Assembly (NCBI RefSeq): GCF_964355755.1
Contig: NC_092677.1
Location: forward strand, 5,168,101 to 5,232,100
DNA length: 64,000 bases
Reading direction: 5' to 3'
Source: Antedon mediterranea
Taxonomy: Eukaryota > Animalia > Echinodermata
Shown here: positions 23,374-36,137 of the stretch, piece by piece
Numbering within the stretch: position 1 is the stretch's first letter
How the letters are laid out: every line of letters starts with the position of its first letter
The notes under the pieces: model-generated
Told to the model about the DNA's origin: nothing
What the model saw: the letters and a program-made list of their open reading frames with translations, nothing else
The model's database searches: none
Program-made: the position numbers and the translations under genes

Positions 23374-26300
23374 GAAAAACTGCAAAAATTCATTTTAATA
23401 TGTTCTTAAAACAAGAAATTAATCAATTTATTTTTTGTAAACTTGAATCCAATGAATGGAAGAAAATTGCCGATAGTTTTACAGATTGTGGCAGATTTGA
23501 AGTTCAATATGATAATAAAAAGCAGACTGGTTTTCTGGAAATATCTAAAGTTGAAACTTCTGATGCTGGTGAATACCGTTGCCAATATATGCCTAAAGAA
23601 AATGAGAATTTTATTTATTCAGCAAAAAGCCAACTACAAGTTTGTAAAACGTGTAAGTATACTACAAATTGTAGTTTTGCCATATTTACATTATAAAGGA
23701 CTGTTCAAATAAAATATTAAGATGCTGGAATGAAAACTATAAGTTAGGGAAAAATAAATTTGATTTTCTTTTTTTTTTTTTTTTATTTTTATCGTGTTTT
23801 GTTAGTACTTTACAAATCATTAGTGCGCACAAATCACAGATATTTTTGATACACTTTACAACACAGAATTTGACCTAAAATGTATTCATACTTTTAGATA
23901 TGACACATCCGGAAACAGGATTCTTGTGTGTGCAATGTAAGTACATATTTTGACTCTTTTATTGTCTCTATGAAAAATAGATGTGATAATTAACTGTTTA
24001 AGAGCATACTTTCTACTTTCTATTAAGCTATTATCTCCTAAAAAAATTATTAAAAATTTCTCGAAATAATATTAGATAGGACGCATCGTAACATATACAT
24101 TAAAGCTTGTCTACGACAATTGAATAATTGTACCAACGGCGTCGCCGTAGGCCTACTCAAGCTATAAGCATTTCAGTCGATCAATTTATACCGTTAACGG
24201 TATTATCATTGTAAACGGTTTATTTGACGGTTACTTTTATATTTTACGGAACTCACGTTTATTCAATGATTTAAATATGACGATTTTTTTAAATGATAAA
24301 TAAGTCTGTCTGATATTGTTTGAGTAATAACATAATGAAAATTGTAGGAAATTTGGATACGCTCGATTGAATGTGATGAACTGTGAAGAAAGTGATAATC
24401 CAATTTTTAAATTTCAGATTGCCATAATGCCGTCATAACAGACTGGTCAAAATTTTACTTTAAATCATATCTAAAGTTCATTAGCTTTTATTATAAGTTT
24501 TAAAAAGTATAGGGGTCATCAACCATCCTTAAGAGCTATAATCGGTTTAAAAGTGGCATATTTTATACAAATTTGCATTAAATTACAAATTTTCAAGTGC
24601 ACGATTTTTAGAGTTTGACGTGGACGTGAGATATATAATATTTTTTTTTCGTAATAAATTAAACAAGCACAAGCAAGTTATGGTATCTAGCCTATTGATT
24701 TTTATTTTTATAATGTAGGTGAGGTGTTTTCTACAGCTGATGGTAGTGAACCAGGTAACACATACAGGTAAATTGTGTTATTACTATTTTAACAATTCAG
24801 TAATATACTAATGATGTGAAAAATCAAAGGAAACTAATAAGTACTAGTATGTAACACCTAAAAAACTCTAGGTCTAGCTGCATTTATTAATGTATTTTTC
24901 ACAATAAATGTCCTAATCCTTTGAAAGTGCACATGATGGGTTAAATAGTAGGTCTCGGCCACGGCAAATGTGAATTTAAAATAATTAATATGAATTTCAA
25001 AACATGGCAGCATTTTTAATATGTCACAGCACAGCAAATTTAAAAAGCCACATGGCTGCCACAGGTTTTCAATTTGTCTTGCCTTTTCAATTTGTCATCT
25101 TTGCCAACTCCAATGCATAATGTGAGTTTTGTCATGGTATTACACGATTATAATATAGTTTGGAGTACTGTATTAATTCAATATTAACTTGTAAGTGTTT
25201 ACCATAACATGTGTTTACCTTAACATTATACCAGTAGGTTTTATAGGTTTTCATATTCGTCGAAACTATTGAAAACATTTTTATAGTTTCTATTTATCTC
25301 ATTTTTGTATATTTTTTCAATAAGTATAAAAATGTTCCTTTGTTGTTTTTTAAGATATCCTGCTGTAGTCTTTATAAATTCCCATTTTCTTGTCTTTTGT
25401 GAGAAAAACGACTCAGATATAATAATGAGGAGAGGAAAGATGAACAGTAACGGTTTGATTGAATGGGAAAATCCAAAAGTGATTTTACAAGAAAATGGTA
25501 CAAGGTATTAATTTATATAATGAGAACATTATTGATGCATGAGTAATAACAATTCTCATTTCAAATTGTACTTGTTAAAGTGTTCCTGATGTGTCTACCA
25601 TTGTTGGTGCCAAAAATGTTTTTGAAACTTGTTCTTCACATGATTAAAACATGTCAATAATTTGTTCTTTATTTATTTTTTTACAGATTTCAGAACCTGG
25701 TGCCAATTGTGACAGATGTGAAAATGGGAAAGGTGATTCTCATGTGTGTTAGACAAAATAACAAGACAAAAGAGAGGAAGATAATAAAGATGAGAACAGA
25801 TGATAATGGAGAGAATTGGAAAGGACCAAGTGATGTACAACTTGATTTGAAAGACATTCCAGTAGATAGTTTAAGTAAGTAGATTTTGATTTGTATTTGT
25901 AATGAGAGTATGGGTGGCGCATTTGGTTAAAACATTTGTACTCCAATCTTTATTTCTTTTTTAAAAATAGCACTGATGAATATTTTGTGACTATATACTT
26001 AAAAATGCTGGATTTGTGTAAATTTACATTTTTCAAGGAGGCATTTTTTGGTTGATTACATTTTATAGATGTCACTAGCGAGAAGAAGTATTATATAGGA
26101 TATCTTTTTTCAGGGTTATTTTATTTATTATTAGGCTATCGCTCTCTATAGAGTGATAGCCTATTGTAATTGTCAAAAATTTCATTTTTTCTGCTCATTT
26201 TTTGTGTCTCGCAGATCTCTAAAACGGCGAAAGCTGTTCAGCTGTAACTCGGCCAGTAGGTGCACGTATATATGTAGTTGTGCACCTGACTTTGGCTTAA

Positions 26301-29300
26301 TGAAAATATGGCCGCGTAGCGTAACTACGATTTTCTGAAATTCTTAAATTGACTATAACTTAAAAACTAACAGCCTTTTTTAAATGAAACTTGGACACAC
26401 GTAAGCTTCATGTCAAGGGTCATCTTTCTGTATCATCAGCAAAATTTTGAAGATTATGTTTTTTTCGCGTACGCGCGCTTTGAAAGTTAAAAATGCTCTC
26501 TACACGTTTCAAGACATTTTAAGCATTTCTACGGTGGCCTATAAGTGTCACAGCAACTTTCAAAAAATATCACGGCAATTTTTTCAAAAAAATCCACGGC
26601 AATTTGAAAAAAGCCACGGCAATTTGAAAAAAGCCACGGCAAATTAAAAATAAAACATCGCGGCAAATTAAAAATAAAACATCGCGGCAATTTAACAAAA
26701 ATACCACGGCAACTTAAAAATGAAACACCACGGCAAATTAGTATTGAAACACCACGGCAAATTAATAATGAAACACCACGGCAAATTACAGAATGCCACG
26801 GTGGAAGTGAAACCTTTGGAATCTTCGATTTTTTCTGAGGTAAGTCATTATTTGTGCATTGATGTAAATATTATTATTATTATTATTACTTGTATAGCGC
26901 ACATGTATACAACATTAATTATAATCAGCGTCGCTTCACATCAATTAGTATCGTAAATATTATATTATATTAATATATTTAACTGCAGCAGTTTACGTCT
27001 TTATTGCACTCTTCTTGAACTTTCTAGGCCGGGCTAGACCATAGGCCTTATTACAAGGTAGGCCTAGGCCCTATAACATTCTACAATGTTTTAATATATT
27101 TACAGTATAAATCTGTTTTTTATATAACAAGTTTTTTTACAGTAGACCTAGCTACTACTGTAGGCCTAAGGCCTATGCCTTAGGCTAGTAGTAGGCATAG
27201 CTAGACCTAGTGCAATAAACACGTAAATGCTGCATTTAATTAAATTAATAATAATATAATAATTATTTATTTACTTCAATGCACAAATAATTACTTTACC
27301 TCAGAAAAAATCGAAGATTCCAAAGGTTTCACTTCCGCCGTGGCATTCTGTAATTTGCCGTGGTGTTTCATTACTAATTTGCCGTGGTGTTTCAATACTA
27401 ATTTGCCGTGGTGTTTCATTTTTAAGTTGCCGTGGTATTTTTGTTAAATTGCCGCGATGTTTTATTTTTAATTTGCCGTGATGTTTTATTTTTAATTTGC
27501 CGTGGCTTTTTTCAAATTGCCGTGGCTTTTTTCAAATTGCCGTGGCTTTTTTCAAATTGCCGTGGCTTTTTTCAAATTGCCGTGACTTTTTTTTAATGTT
27601 GCCGTGATATTTTTTTTAAGTTGCAGTGACACTACCGTACATTTCACATTTTTCAAACAAATTTGCGTTGTGCACGTAGCCCATATGCAGCCTAGAAAGC
27701 CCGTTTTTGCGCTTGATTATTGTTCTATATATTTTTGTGATACATTTCTTTCATATTTGATGAATTATGAATGTAAAATAATGACACGCGTGCACGTCAA
27801 ACTTTAAAAATCATGCTCTTGAAAATTGGTAATTTTATGCAAATTTGTGTAAAATTATGCCTATTTTGAATCTATTATAGTTCCTCAGGATCAACAGTGA
27901 CCCCCGATATTTTTAACTTAATATGTAAGTAGATATGTTGTAGATATGAATCCATGCAGAATTTTTACCTCTCGGTGGTTGTAGACGTCATCGTATGGCC
28001 ACAGGAATGTAAAATATAGGAATTTTTTCTCTTTCGGCACAGGTCGACACATTCAATAGAGCGCATACCACGTAAACGTTTTTCAATATTCTATTACTAA
28101 AACAATTCCTCTTTAGACTTATGAACTTTTTTTTTAATTTAAAAAGGTCATCATTTTCAAACAATTGAATAAACGTGAGTTGTGTAAAATAAAAAACAAC
28201 CGTCAACTAAACCGTTTACAATGCTAATACCGTCAACTGTTGACGCTTATTGAACAATTTTGATCCAGCTGTTCGTTCGTTATAATCGTTTTAGTGTAGC
28301 CTACTGTAGACTGAGCATGATAAATAACATGTGCGTGTTACGATGCATTGGGCGATAGCCTAACTCGTCACCATGATGAGTTCAAATTTAGTTATTTTAT
28401 TATTATTTTCGCTTTAAAAAAATAAATACAAATAACTTGTTTTCCAGGCCTTTGTGATGGTGTATGCTTAAGTTCTGGGAAATTGGTTGTTGCAGGAGTT
28501 TGGAATCTGGAAAGTAATGACAGTAAGAAATTACATACAGTAATAAACAATCTATAATAGAGGTGATAAAATAAGGAACCTTTAAACCTTAAACAATTAG
28601 TTTAATTTAAGGCATTTTTCTAAATAAAAACACTTGCATTGCCAAACCTATTTTTGTTCTTGCATCATCAATGCGCGAGATTATGAAAAAGGGATGCAAT
28701 AACAATCATATTCTCCCATTTTATGATGATAATTATGTGATGTAGAATTTAATAAAATCATCTTAAAACAAGTTCCTTGATATACATAATTTACAACACA
28801 TGTACGAAAGTGTTATTTGTAGATACAGTACTGAGAATCAAATATTATACTGTACTTTATTTGTATTTTTCAAATTTCAAATTATTGATTGTTTATTTTG
28901 CAGATAATTTAATTGTAATGACAAGTACTGATGATGGTGATATATGGAAAACTGTGCCTGTCTCTAAACCAGGAGGTGTTACATTAGGAACACACATACA
29001 AGTAAGTTTAAAGAACACAAAAGTTAATTTTAGATTGGTTTCTTTGATACACATTATCTATATATTTGTTAACAAGCATTTGCAGCCTTTGTGCTGCTGT
29101 TTGTATGTTTTTATACAACTTACCGAATTAAATAAATAAATCACTATCACACACAAATATGTTTTTCTGCATTATACCAATTAGTCCTATAATGTGATTT
29201 GTTAATTAGATTGCTGAAAATGCAAATAATCAAGTTTGTATTCTCTGTTCATTGGAAGACTGCAAGAAGTCTGTTAAAGTTTACAGCAATGATGGATGTG

Positions 29301-30038
29301 AAACTTTAAAGATTCAGGATGCATTGTTAGAAATAAACGTAGGATGTCAGGTACAGTACCACAATTTCACCTACTTTGTTTTACACATACTACGGTTTTA
29401 TGTAGAGAACTAAAGTATATTAGCGTCATTCATTGTTTTCTATTTTATTAGTTTGACCTACACGTCATGTCGAAAAAAGCCTATTTCCCGAAATTTAATA
29501 AATATATTAATAAAACAACAATAATAAACACACAATTACGTAGTCTTAGTGTGATTTGTTAGTTTCGCAAAATAAGACAATTGGATTTTTAAAAAAAAGC
29601 TTAATACTATATCATAAAGTATGAAAAGAAGATACTGTAAATAAAATAAAGAAAGGCTATATTATTAAAATAGGCCTATAATTCCGTCTGTGTCATGTAC
29701 GTAAGCTGTCACGTCCAAAATATAAGCTGGGAAGGGTTGGCGTCGCTACGTTGTATGAACAACTCAAAGTTTTTTACTTGATCTAATCAATTATTGTATA
29801 AAAGCTAAAAATTTTATAACAAATAATGAACAATGATGTACCGCTACATATTTAAAAAAAATTATTCTATTGATTAATATTGCTTCTTCATTCATCATTT
29901 CACAGTTACTTATATTAACTGGGTGGTTTAGGCTCAATTTTTCCTTTATGGACGGTAATAATATTTAATTTAATCATAATTAATTAATTATGTATTATTA
30001 TCTAGGGTGGTATTGTACGCTTACCAACAAAGACAAAT
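23374..30038 (+). CDS. Ig-domain plus sialidase-fold (NEU2/3/4-like, Asp-box propeller) protein, probably catalytically inactive; 5' exons not seen; last exon broken at ~30038
   Basis: Phase-compatible GT-AG exons 23374-23652 (Ig, LEISKVETSDAGEYRC), 23898-23936, 24719-24767, 25355-25504 (YR/YPAVV...FLVFCEK...IMRRG), 25687-25874 (TDDNGENW), 28448-28522 (DGVCLSSGKLVV), 28904-29001 (STDDGDIW), 29210-29350 (SNDGCET...GCQ) and 30006 onward. Confidence 0.78.
24080..24640 (-). mobile_element. Diverged inverted copy of the internal part of the 26131-28393 element
   Basis: 24530-24630 aligns by eye in reverse complement to 27785-27890, and 24180-24290 to 28140-28240. Confidence 0.55.
26131..28393 (+). 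mobile_element. Helentron-like non-autonomous element (HINE/DINE-type)
   Basis: 5' hairpin TAGGCTATCGCTC...GAGTGATAGCCTA; 3' subTIR GCGATAGCCTAA (28352-28363) followed by stem-loop AACTCGTCA-CCA-TGATGAGTT; T-rich flanks. Confidence 0.7.
26530..27639. mobile_element. Non-autonomous IS3EU-like foldback element
   Basis: TACGG...CCGTA termini; perfect 6-bp TSD CATTTC (26524-26529, 27640-27645); ~330-bp TIRs containing ~21-22-bp CACGGCAA tandem units. Confidence 0.88.
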
Positions 30039-30464
30039 GTTTTGTTACATACAAATGGACGTACCTTGAAATCGGCATGCACTATATTGTTCAATAAAGA
30101 CACTGGTCGGAAACAAGATTCTATCATTATACTGAGATTAGGTTCATGAGTTAATAAACTCATGTGGAAAAAACTTGCATATCAAAAACAGTTTTGTCTG
30201 GCTAATCGGCTAGACTTCTTCAGCATGAGGTGATGTTATTAACTGTTCCGTCATTATAGATTTTTTTGTAACCTCAGTCAGAGGGTGTTTAATAATTAAC
30301 TGTTGTGTATTATAATTATACTTTAAGTAGTTTGTAGAATAAGGAGAGGATACTTTTTTTCGAATGAAAATATCTTCTATTATATTTGTTAAAACATCAA
30401 ATTGCAGTAAATTGATTCAATTACCTCGTTAGTCTAATAAAAAATAATTTATATCACATTGTAA

Positions 30465-30660
30465 TTCAATTCAAAATTATTTAATCATCCCACACGGGGC
30501 AATTCAAATAAAAAGGTCTGGATTAAAATGATCTTACAAAATATACAAAATATCACAATACACAGTACAAAACAAGTTTAATCAGCAAACGATTCGGTCA
30601 GACCTCCTAAGATAATGCAAACCTTCTCGATTTAATCAAACTTTTAAACCCCGGTTACGA
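30465..30660 (-). mobile_element. Probable LINE 3'-end fragment
   Basis: Reverse complement ends TTGCCCCGTGTGGGATGATTAAA...TGAATTGAAT, a hairpin plus short repeat tail typical of CR1/Rex-group 3' ends. Confidence 0.35.
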
Positions 30661-32201
30661 GGCGGGTTTGTGAAAATGATTGGGTTTGTCCGTCTGATTA
30701 TATTGAAATTGCTATTTCGCCGACATTCATTTTGTAGCGCACGTGGTTTTGCGAGTTTTAACGGATTGCGTTTATACCAGGACGAGGTCACTGCTTCCTT
30801 ACTAACCAGATATTTCCGTAATCACTGCAGTGTATATCAGGAAAATCTTCCTTTGAATTATAGGTCTTCGTTACGAGATTCGACTTTAGACTTGCATAAC
30901 TATTTATCCGTACTGTACATTGGGTTCTGCGTTACGGGCTTTCTGTGTGTGCACACTGTGCATTGCGTAGCGAGCTACCACAATGACGCACGCGGCATCG
31001 ACAGTTTGCGAGCAAATATTTTTCTACGAGGCCCTTAATTGTTTATAGTCCACGAATGACAACGTAGTCAGAGACTACGACATGCTATCGTTCATAAGAA
31101 ACGAAAGCAATCTTTTTCAACCAACGGTTGCCGTCCGTGGCCAATCATTAAGGACTTTACGTAATTTATGAAACACGACACGACGGGAAGCCACATGACG
31201 GTGCTCATGAATAATAATGTATGCACGAGCTTTAACAAAGTGGGCGGAGCTTAGAGTGAAATTCCGTCGTCTTTAACTTTTTGATAACGATAAAGTTGCC
31301 AATTTCCCGTTTACGGAGAACGACTAGAAATAATGTGTAAATATACAGTTCAAATTAACTTAAACGTGGAATTTTCTAACTCTAAATAATATTTGAACGA
31401 GGCCCTAACTAGGCCTATGCTGTATCACCAGAACCAAGCGATTCAGTAGAGCCCCGCGCCACGAAACAGGGGAGGGAGGAAGATCGTCGTCTCAGGGTTC
31501 GTTACTAATAAAACGGTTATGTTGGCTGTATACGAATTTACGCTCTAGCGAATACAGGTAATTCGTCTTCTCCCCTAACCGTCATGTTTTGTATGTCCCT
31601 ATTATCATGGCTAGTCTGGCTTTTAGTTCAGTTCCGAACCTTTATGAGTAAACACCATGGTTATAACTTAATTGGCTCGTCTAATTAGGAGAGCCATTCA
31701 TGTTTGATAACTATGGAAATTGCAAGAAGAGGTATATATGGATGGAAACAATTACCATCAATCAGTTTCGTATGTGAACGTCAAAGAAAGGCGGTACATA
31801 TTTTATCGTCCGTTAAGTCGTACAACACCGTTGGCGACTTAGGTTAACGTAACTCTCAACCGTACATACATTTTATAGACATAACAGTGGAAATCGGTTA
31901 TATCCGGGTAAACGTAATTTGGGTGTTGTGCGTTCTTAGCTATCCGCTGCGTAACGCACACCGTCCTGGTACGGATAAGGCGACGACGACAATTTCACGA
32001 GTGACAAAAGTATTCAGCCTACGACAGGCTATTTTTTTATAATATAAAAGGCTACGATCATATACGAAGCAGTGGAAGGATATCCTTTTACTTTATCGTG
32101 GACAATTATGTTTATTAAGCAGTAGGTCTACATTTAATGTATGGTCTATACGACGGCCACCAACTTAACTTTAATGGGCAACACACATCACTCACTACAA
32201 C

Positions 32202-32228
32202 CATGGACCTATAAAGTATAGGTCCATG
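32202..32228. mobile_element. 27-bp palindrome CATGG...CCATG with 7-bp TSD (micro-MITE)
   Basis: CATGGACCTATAAAGTATAGGTCCATG flanked by CTACAAC and CTACCAC (6/7 match). Confidence 0.55.
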
Positions 32229-33029
32229 CTACCACAACACCCACTTGAGTTATACCAAATAATTATACTGGGAGAGAGTGATGTTCCATTCATCGCCAAT
32301 CAATACGTTTGTATAAACGTATATTAAATAATATTAATTCTAGAAGTAGCGCACAATTCATATTACCGAATTTTGCCCTTGCGTAAATTTATATAGATTA
32401 TTGTAGTAGCAATTCACAACATTGTCAGTAGTCATTTCGAAAAGTAAAAGAAGCCCATCTTAAAAAAAACCCACCCAAGAGTACTACAAAAGGCCATGGG
32501 CTTCTTTTCGAAGCTTATTAATTTGTCTGATGTTAAAAAAATCTTTAAGATTATATTTTTGTTCTGTACATCAGTAGGCCATGGAATTTGTTCTGAAATA
32601 AAAGTTATTATTAATTGATAAGCTGAATCAACTTGCCTACAGAAGGAAAATCCTCAAAACAATGATGTATTAAATACCCGATATGCCCTGCTTTATAATT
32701 AATTAGAGCATTTCATACTATATTTTACGTTACACTAAATGTTTACTAGGACTACTGAATGTTAAACAAATAAAATTGATAATAAATCATTCATTCTTAA
32801 ATTATTAAATAGAATATCAATTTAAAAACACAATTTAATGAAGAAAGAACAATAATTAAAAATGTATATTCTGAATAAAATGGAGAAGCATAACTCACTT
32901 GTTTTGTGTGTAAAAATGATAATAAATACTATTAATTTATACATAAATTATAAAGGTAAACAAAACCTTATTTTGATCTATGTACACTTTTCTTTCTGTT
33001 ACGACCATCAATACAGCCACCAGAGTTTC

Positions 33030-33716
33030 ACATTATTTTTCTGTATATAAACTGTTCCCTACTATCACGTCTGCCGTCGCCTCTGTCACCAAATGAAGCT
33101 ACTAGTCCTTGATACTGATGATTTTTGCATTCGATTTAAATTTCTTCCTTTTCCTATAAACATGATAACATTAAGATTAGTTAAAATAAGTGTTTCTGAT
33201 TGTCTTTGGCCAGTTTAATAGTGATGTAAAGCAAGAATTTTATATGTTTACTTCTACTTTTGCAATGTATACTACTTTATTAGACGTAGGCTTGAAATAT
33301 CCCTCATCATCTCTGTCGACATCAGAGCTTGCTGAAACTTGGAGTCCTTGACTTGATAGTGATGTTGTTGACGTTCGATTTCTCTTGCTTCTCGCTGTTA
33401 ACAAATAAAATAATATATAGGTAAGTAAACGTGTATTGTTTATTTGGATAGCTTGTTATTCTATTATAGTTTTAGGTTGTTACTCTATGCTGAAATTTGA
33501 ATTGGTTAGCCTAACTTAGCATTTTTATTCAAATTGCTTTTGATTGCAATTCAATATAAAACCTGTGCCTTGTTTAGCCGAAATTGAATATAGAACGCTA
33601 ACAAAATGTTTACTTGTATTCTCGTTCTAGATCTTGCTTTATTTAACATCCTGGTATCACCAGACTTCACTTGTATTTCATTTCCATTCCCTTATTTTTC
33701 TAGGCGATGTGTTTAC
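33030..33716 (-). pseudogene. Orphan decayed copy of the cytoplasmic-tail exons of Ig receptor A
   Basis: NKARSRTRIQ exon end at ~33614; HHYQ...DVDRDDEGYFKPTSNK exon at 33275-33395 with a duplicated TCAAG frameshift; IECKNHQYQGL exon with an in-frame TAA. Confidence 0.8.
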
Positions 33717-34605
33717 TGAACAAGTTAAAACACACAGGTAGAATGATTTTCTTTTTTTTGTCTTGTGTGAGTTCTTCTCACGTTTATTTAAATTCTCATT
33801 GATGAATATATTATATACATATAAGTACATTTGTGACAATTAAAAGTAAGTGTTTAGAGTAGTTAAAATACCGGTATATTTACATAATAAGATGCCAGAA
33901 TTCATTATATTAACCATATATTTTCTCATTTAAAATTTTAGATACGATGTTAATTAAGTAGAAATGAAAAATGGCGGTAAAATACATGATTAAAATTGTC
34001 TTGTTAAACTATCTTATTTGTGATCTTATTTGTGTTCGAGTTTGTGTTCGAGTAGAGAGGCTATAAACTCAGGGGAGGAAAATGTAGTATCCTCCCTTTT
34101 CACCAAGATAAGATGGATGGTATGAAAAAAAGAGGAATGCAATAGGTTGAAAGTTAGTTATTTAGAATGATAGCATGAAATGGTATATTTAATGGAAACC
34201 GTAAGGTTAGAGTCCATACACGGTGCAAGTCCAAGATGCAATTTTGGCTCTGTGTGTATGTGAGACGCTTCATACCCGATGTCATCTTAGTACAACTACT
34301 ACTTACAATTTGTATTTACGGTATAACATATTATAGTAGTATAGAAGTATATATATTGAACAAATACACATACCTATAGATTAAATTGACACGTATACGA
34401 TATAAAATAATGCAAATATAGAAAGATATATATGTAAAACAAATACCAATACCTACAGATTATATTGACATGCTACATGTATTTGAACTATTGTCATCTT
34501 AAAAAGGTATACTGTATGTGATGCTTATAAACAGATTTTACGTTGATATGCAGGATTTGTGTCCATTATGATAAGGTAAGAAAGAAAAAGGAATCGATAA
34601 AATAA

Positions 34606-35830
34606 TTAAATTATTAACATCAAGTCTTTAGATAGTTTTAATAATTTATCTTTTAGGTTATTCGTCCATTTCTTCTGAGCCTTATGTAAATTATTCATAA
34701 ATTCATTTGTTAATAAATGCTTTAATTCATAGTAAAATAATCTCCAAATTATTTTTGATTCCTGATTTTGTTTCTTTTCTTTTCTTATTACTAAACACGA
34801 TTTATAGATGCAAAAAGTAAATATTGAAATAAGTTCATTTACAGTTTTCGTTTCCGATCCTTTAACAATATTACGCCAGGTTATATCAATCTTTTGTACA
34901 AAACAGTTTGAGATCAAAAACTTAAATACAATCCATATGGGTTTAATCTTATTACATGAAAATAACAAATGTTTTTCATTTTCAATTTCACTATTACATC
35001 TTTCACATATGTCATTCATTGAAAGTTTCCAAATTTTTAACTTACTTTTACACGCAAGAATACGATGTAGTAGTTTGAAATTGAATTGCGCGACTTTTGT
35101 GATATGTGTCATAGAAAACACCTTGTTATACCATACGGTATCCCATGCAAAAGTGTAATTTTGAAATTCTATTTCCCATTTTTCTTGTGCTATAGGAGTT
35201 GATATTATATTTTCCACAAATAAATTATAAAATAGTTTTGCATTAAGTTGTTTTGTATGAAGCCAAAAGCAATCGGTGTTTGTTTGATTATTTACATTAT
35301 TCACCATTCAAAATAATTTCCTTCCATGATTGTGGTATAGCATTCATTAGCCCTATATATTCAATTAATCCATTTTGTTTCTGTGATAGTAATGGTAACA
35401 CTTCATTCATTGGTAATAATATATTCTCCTTAATTATGTCATTCATTGTTCTAAAGCCTGCATCAAGCCAAACTTTGAAATAGATTGACTTTCTATTTAA
35501 CTGTATACATTTATTTTCCCACAATTGTTGGTTTTTAACGTCTTCAATGTTTTGTGGGTCAGACCAGTTAAAGTTGTTAATATTAACTATAGCAATTATC
35601 ATTTCTCTATAGAAAACAGGCAATAATTTTAGATCAGGATGCTCTTCATTGTTAATTTGAGTGATATTAACAGTATACTTAATAGGGTGCATAAAATAAC
35701 TCGGTATACATTTCCATTTTCCTGGATCTGGGCTAAGGAGTCGCTTAACCCAATTTAACTTCAATGCTTTGACTTTTGCATTCAAATTAATCATATTTAA
35801 ACCACCTTTATCTGTTTTTCTATTGAGTGT
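34606..35830 (-). mobile_element. L1/Tx1-type LINE ORF2 C-terminal fragment (5' truncated, frameshifted)
   Basis: KGGLNMINL..KVKALKLNWVKRL; FNFKLLHRIL; CERC...EKHLLFSC zinc-knuckle; two overlapping frames. Confidence 0.85.
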
Positions 35831-36137
35831 GGTAAAATGATTTTCATTAAAAAAACACAAATCATTTTAAATGAAAAGGAAACAAGGTAATTAGTATTGT
35901 GTTGACCAACAAACATTGGCAAACATTGTTTGCTGGTTATTATGTTTCTTACATTTAAGCAATCAATTATTAAGTTTCATTTGCTATGTTATTACCAATG
36001 ACATTAATATCAAAGAACATTTTGTAAATTGTATTTAGAAACAACTACGGTACAAAAGATGTCTCCAAAAAGTGGACAAGTTGATTCTAAAAATGTAAAA
36101 CATGTTTTTAAAGTAATTCTACACATTTACTATACAG

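Noticed and set aside
23374-30038. Assigning a NEU gene symbol or sialidase activity
   Set aside because: Most catalytic positions appear substituted and orthology cannot be established without a phylogeny
30670-32160. 122-aa ORF and CpG-richer segment
   Set aside because: No recognisable domain, termini or TSD; probably an unclassified repeat, but I cannot support a call
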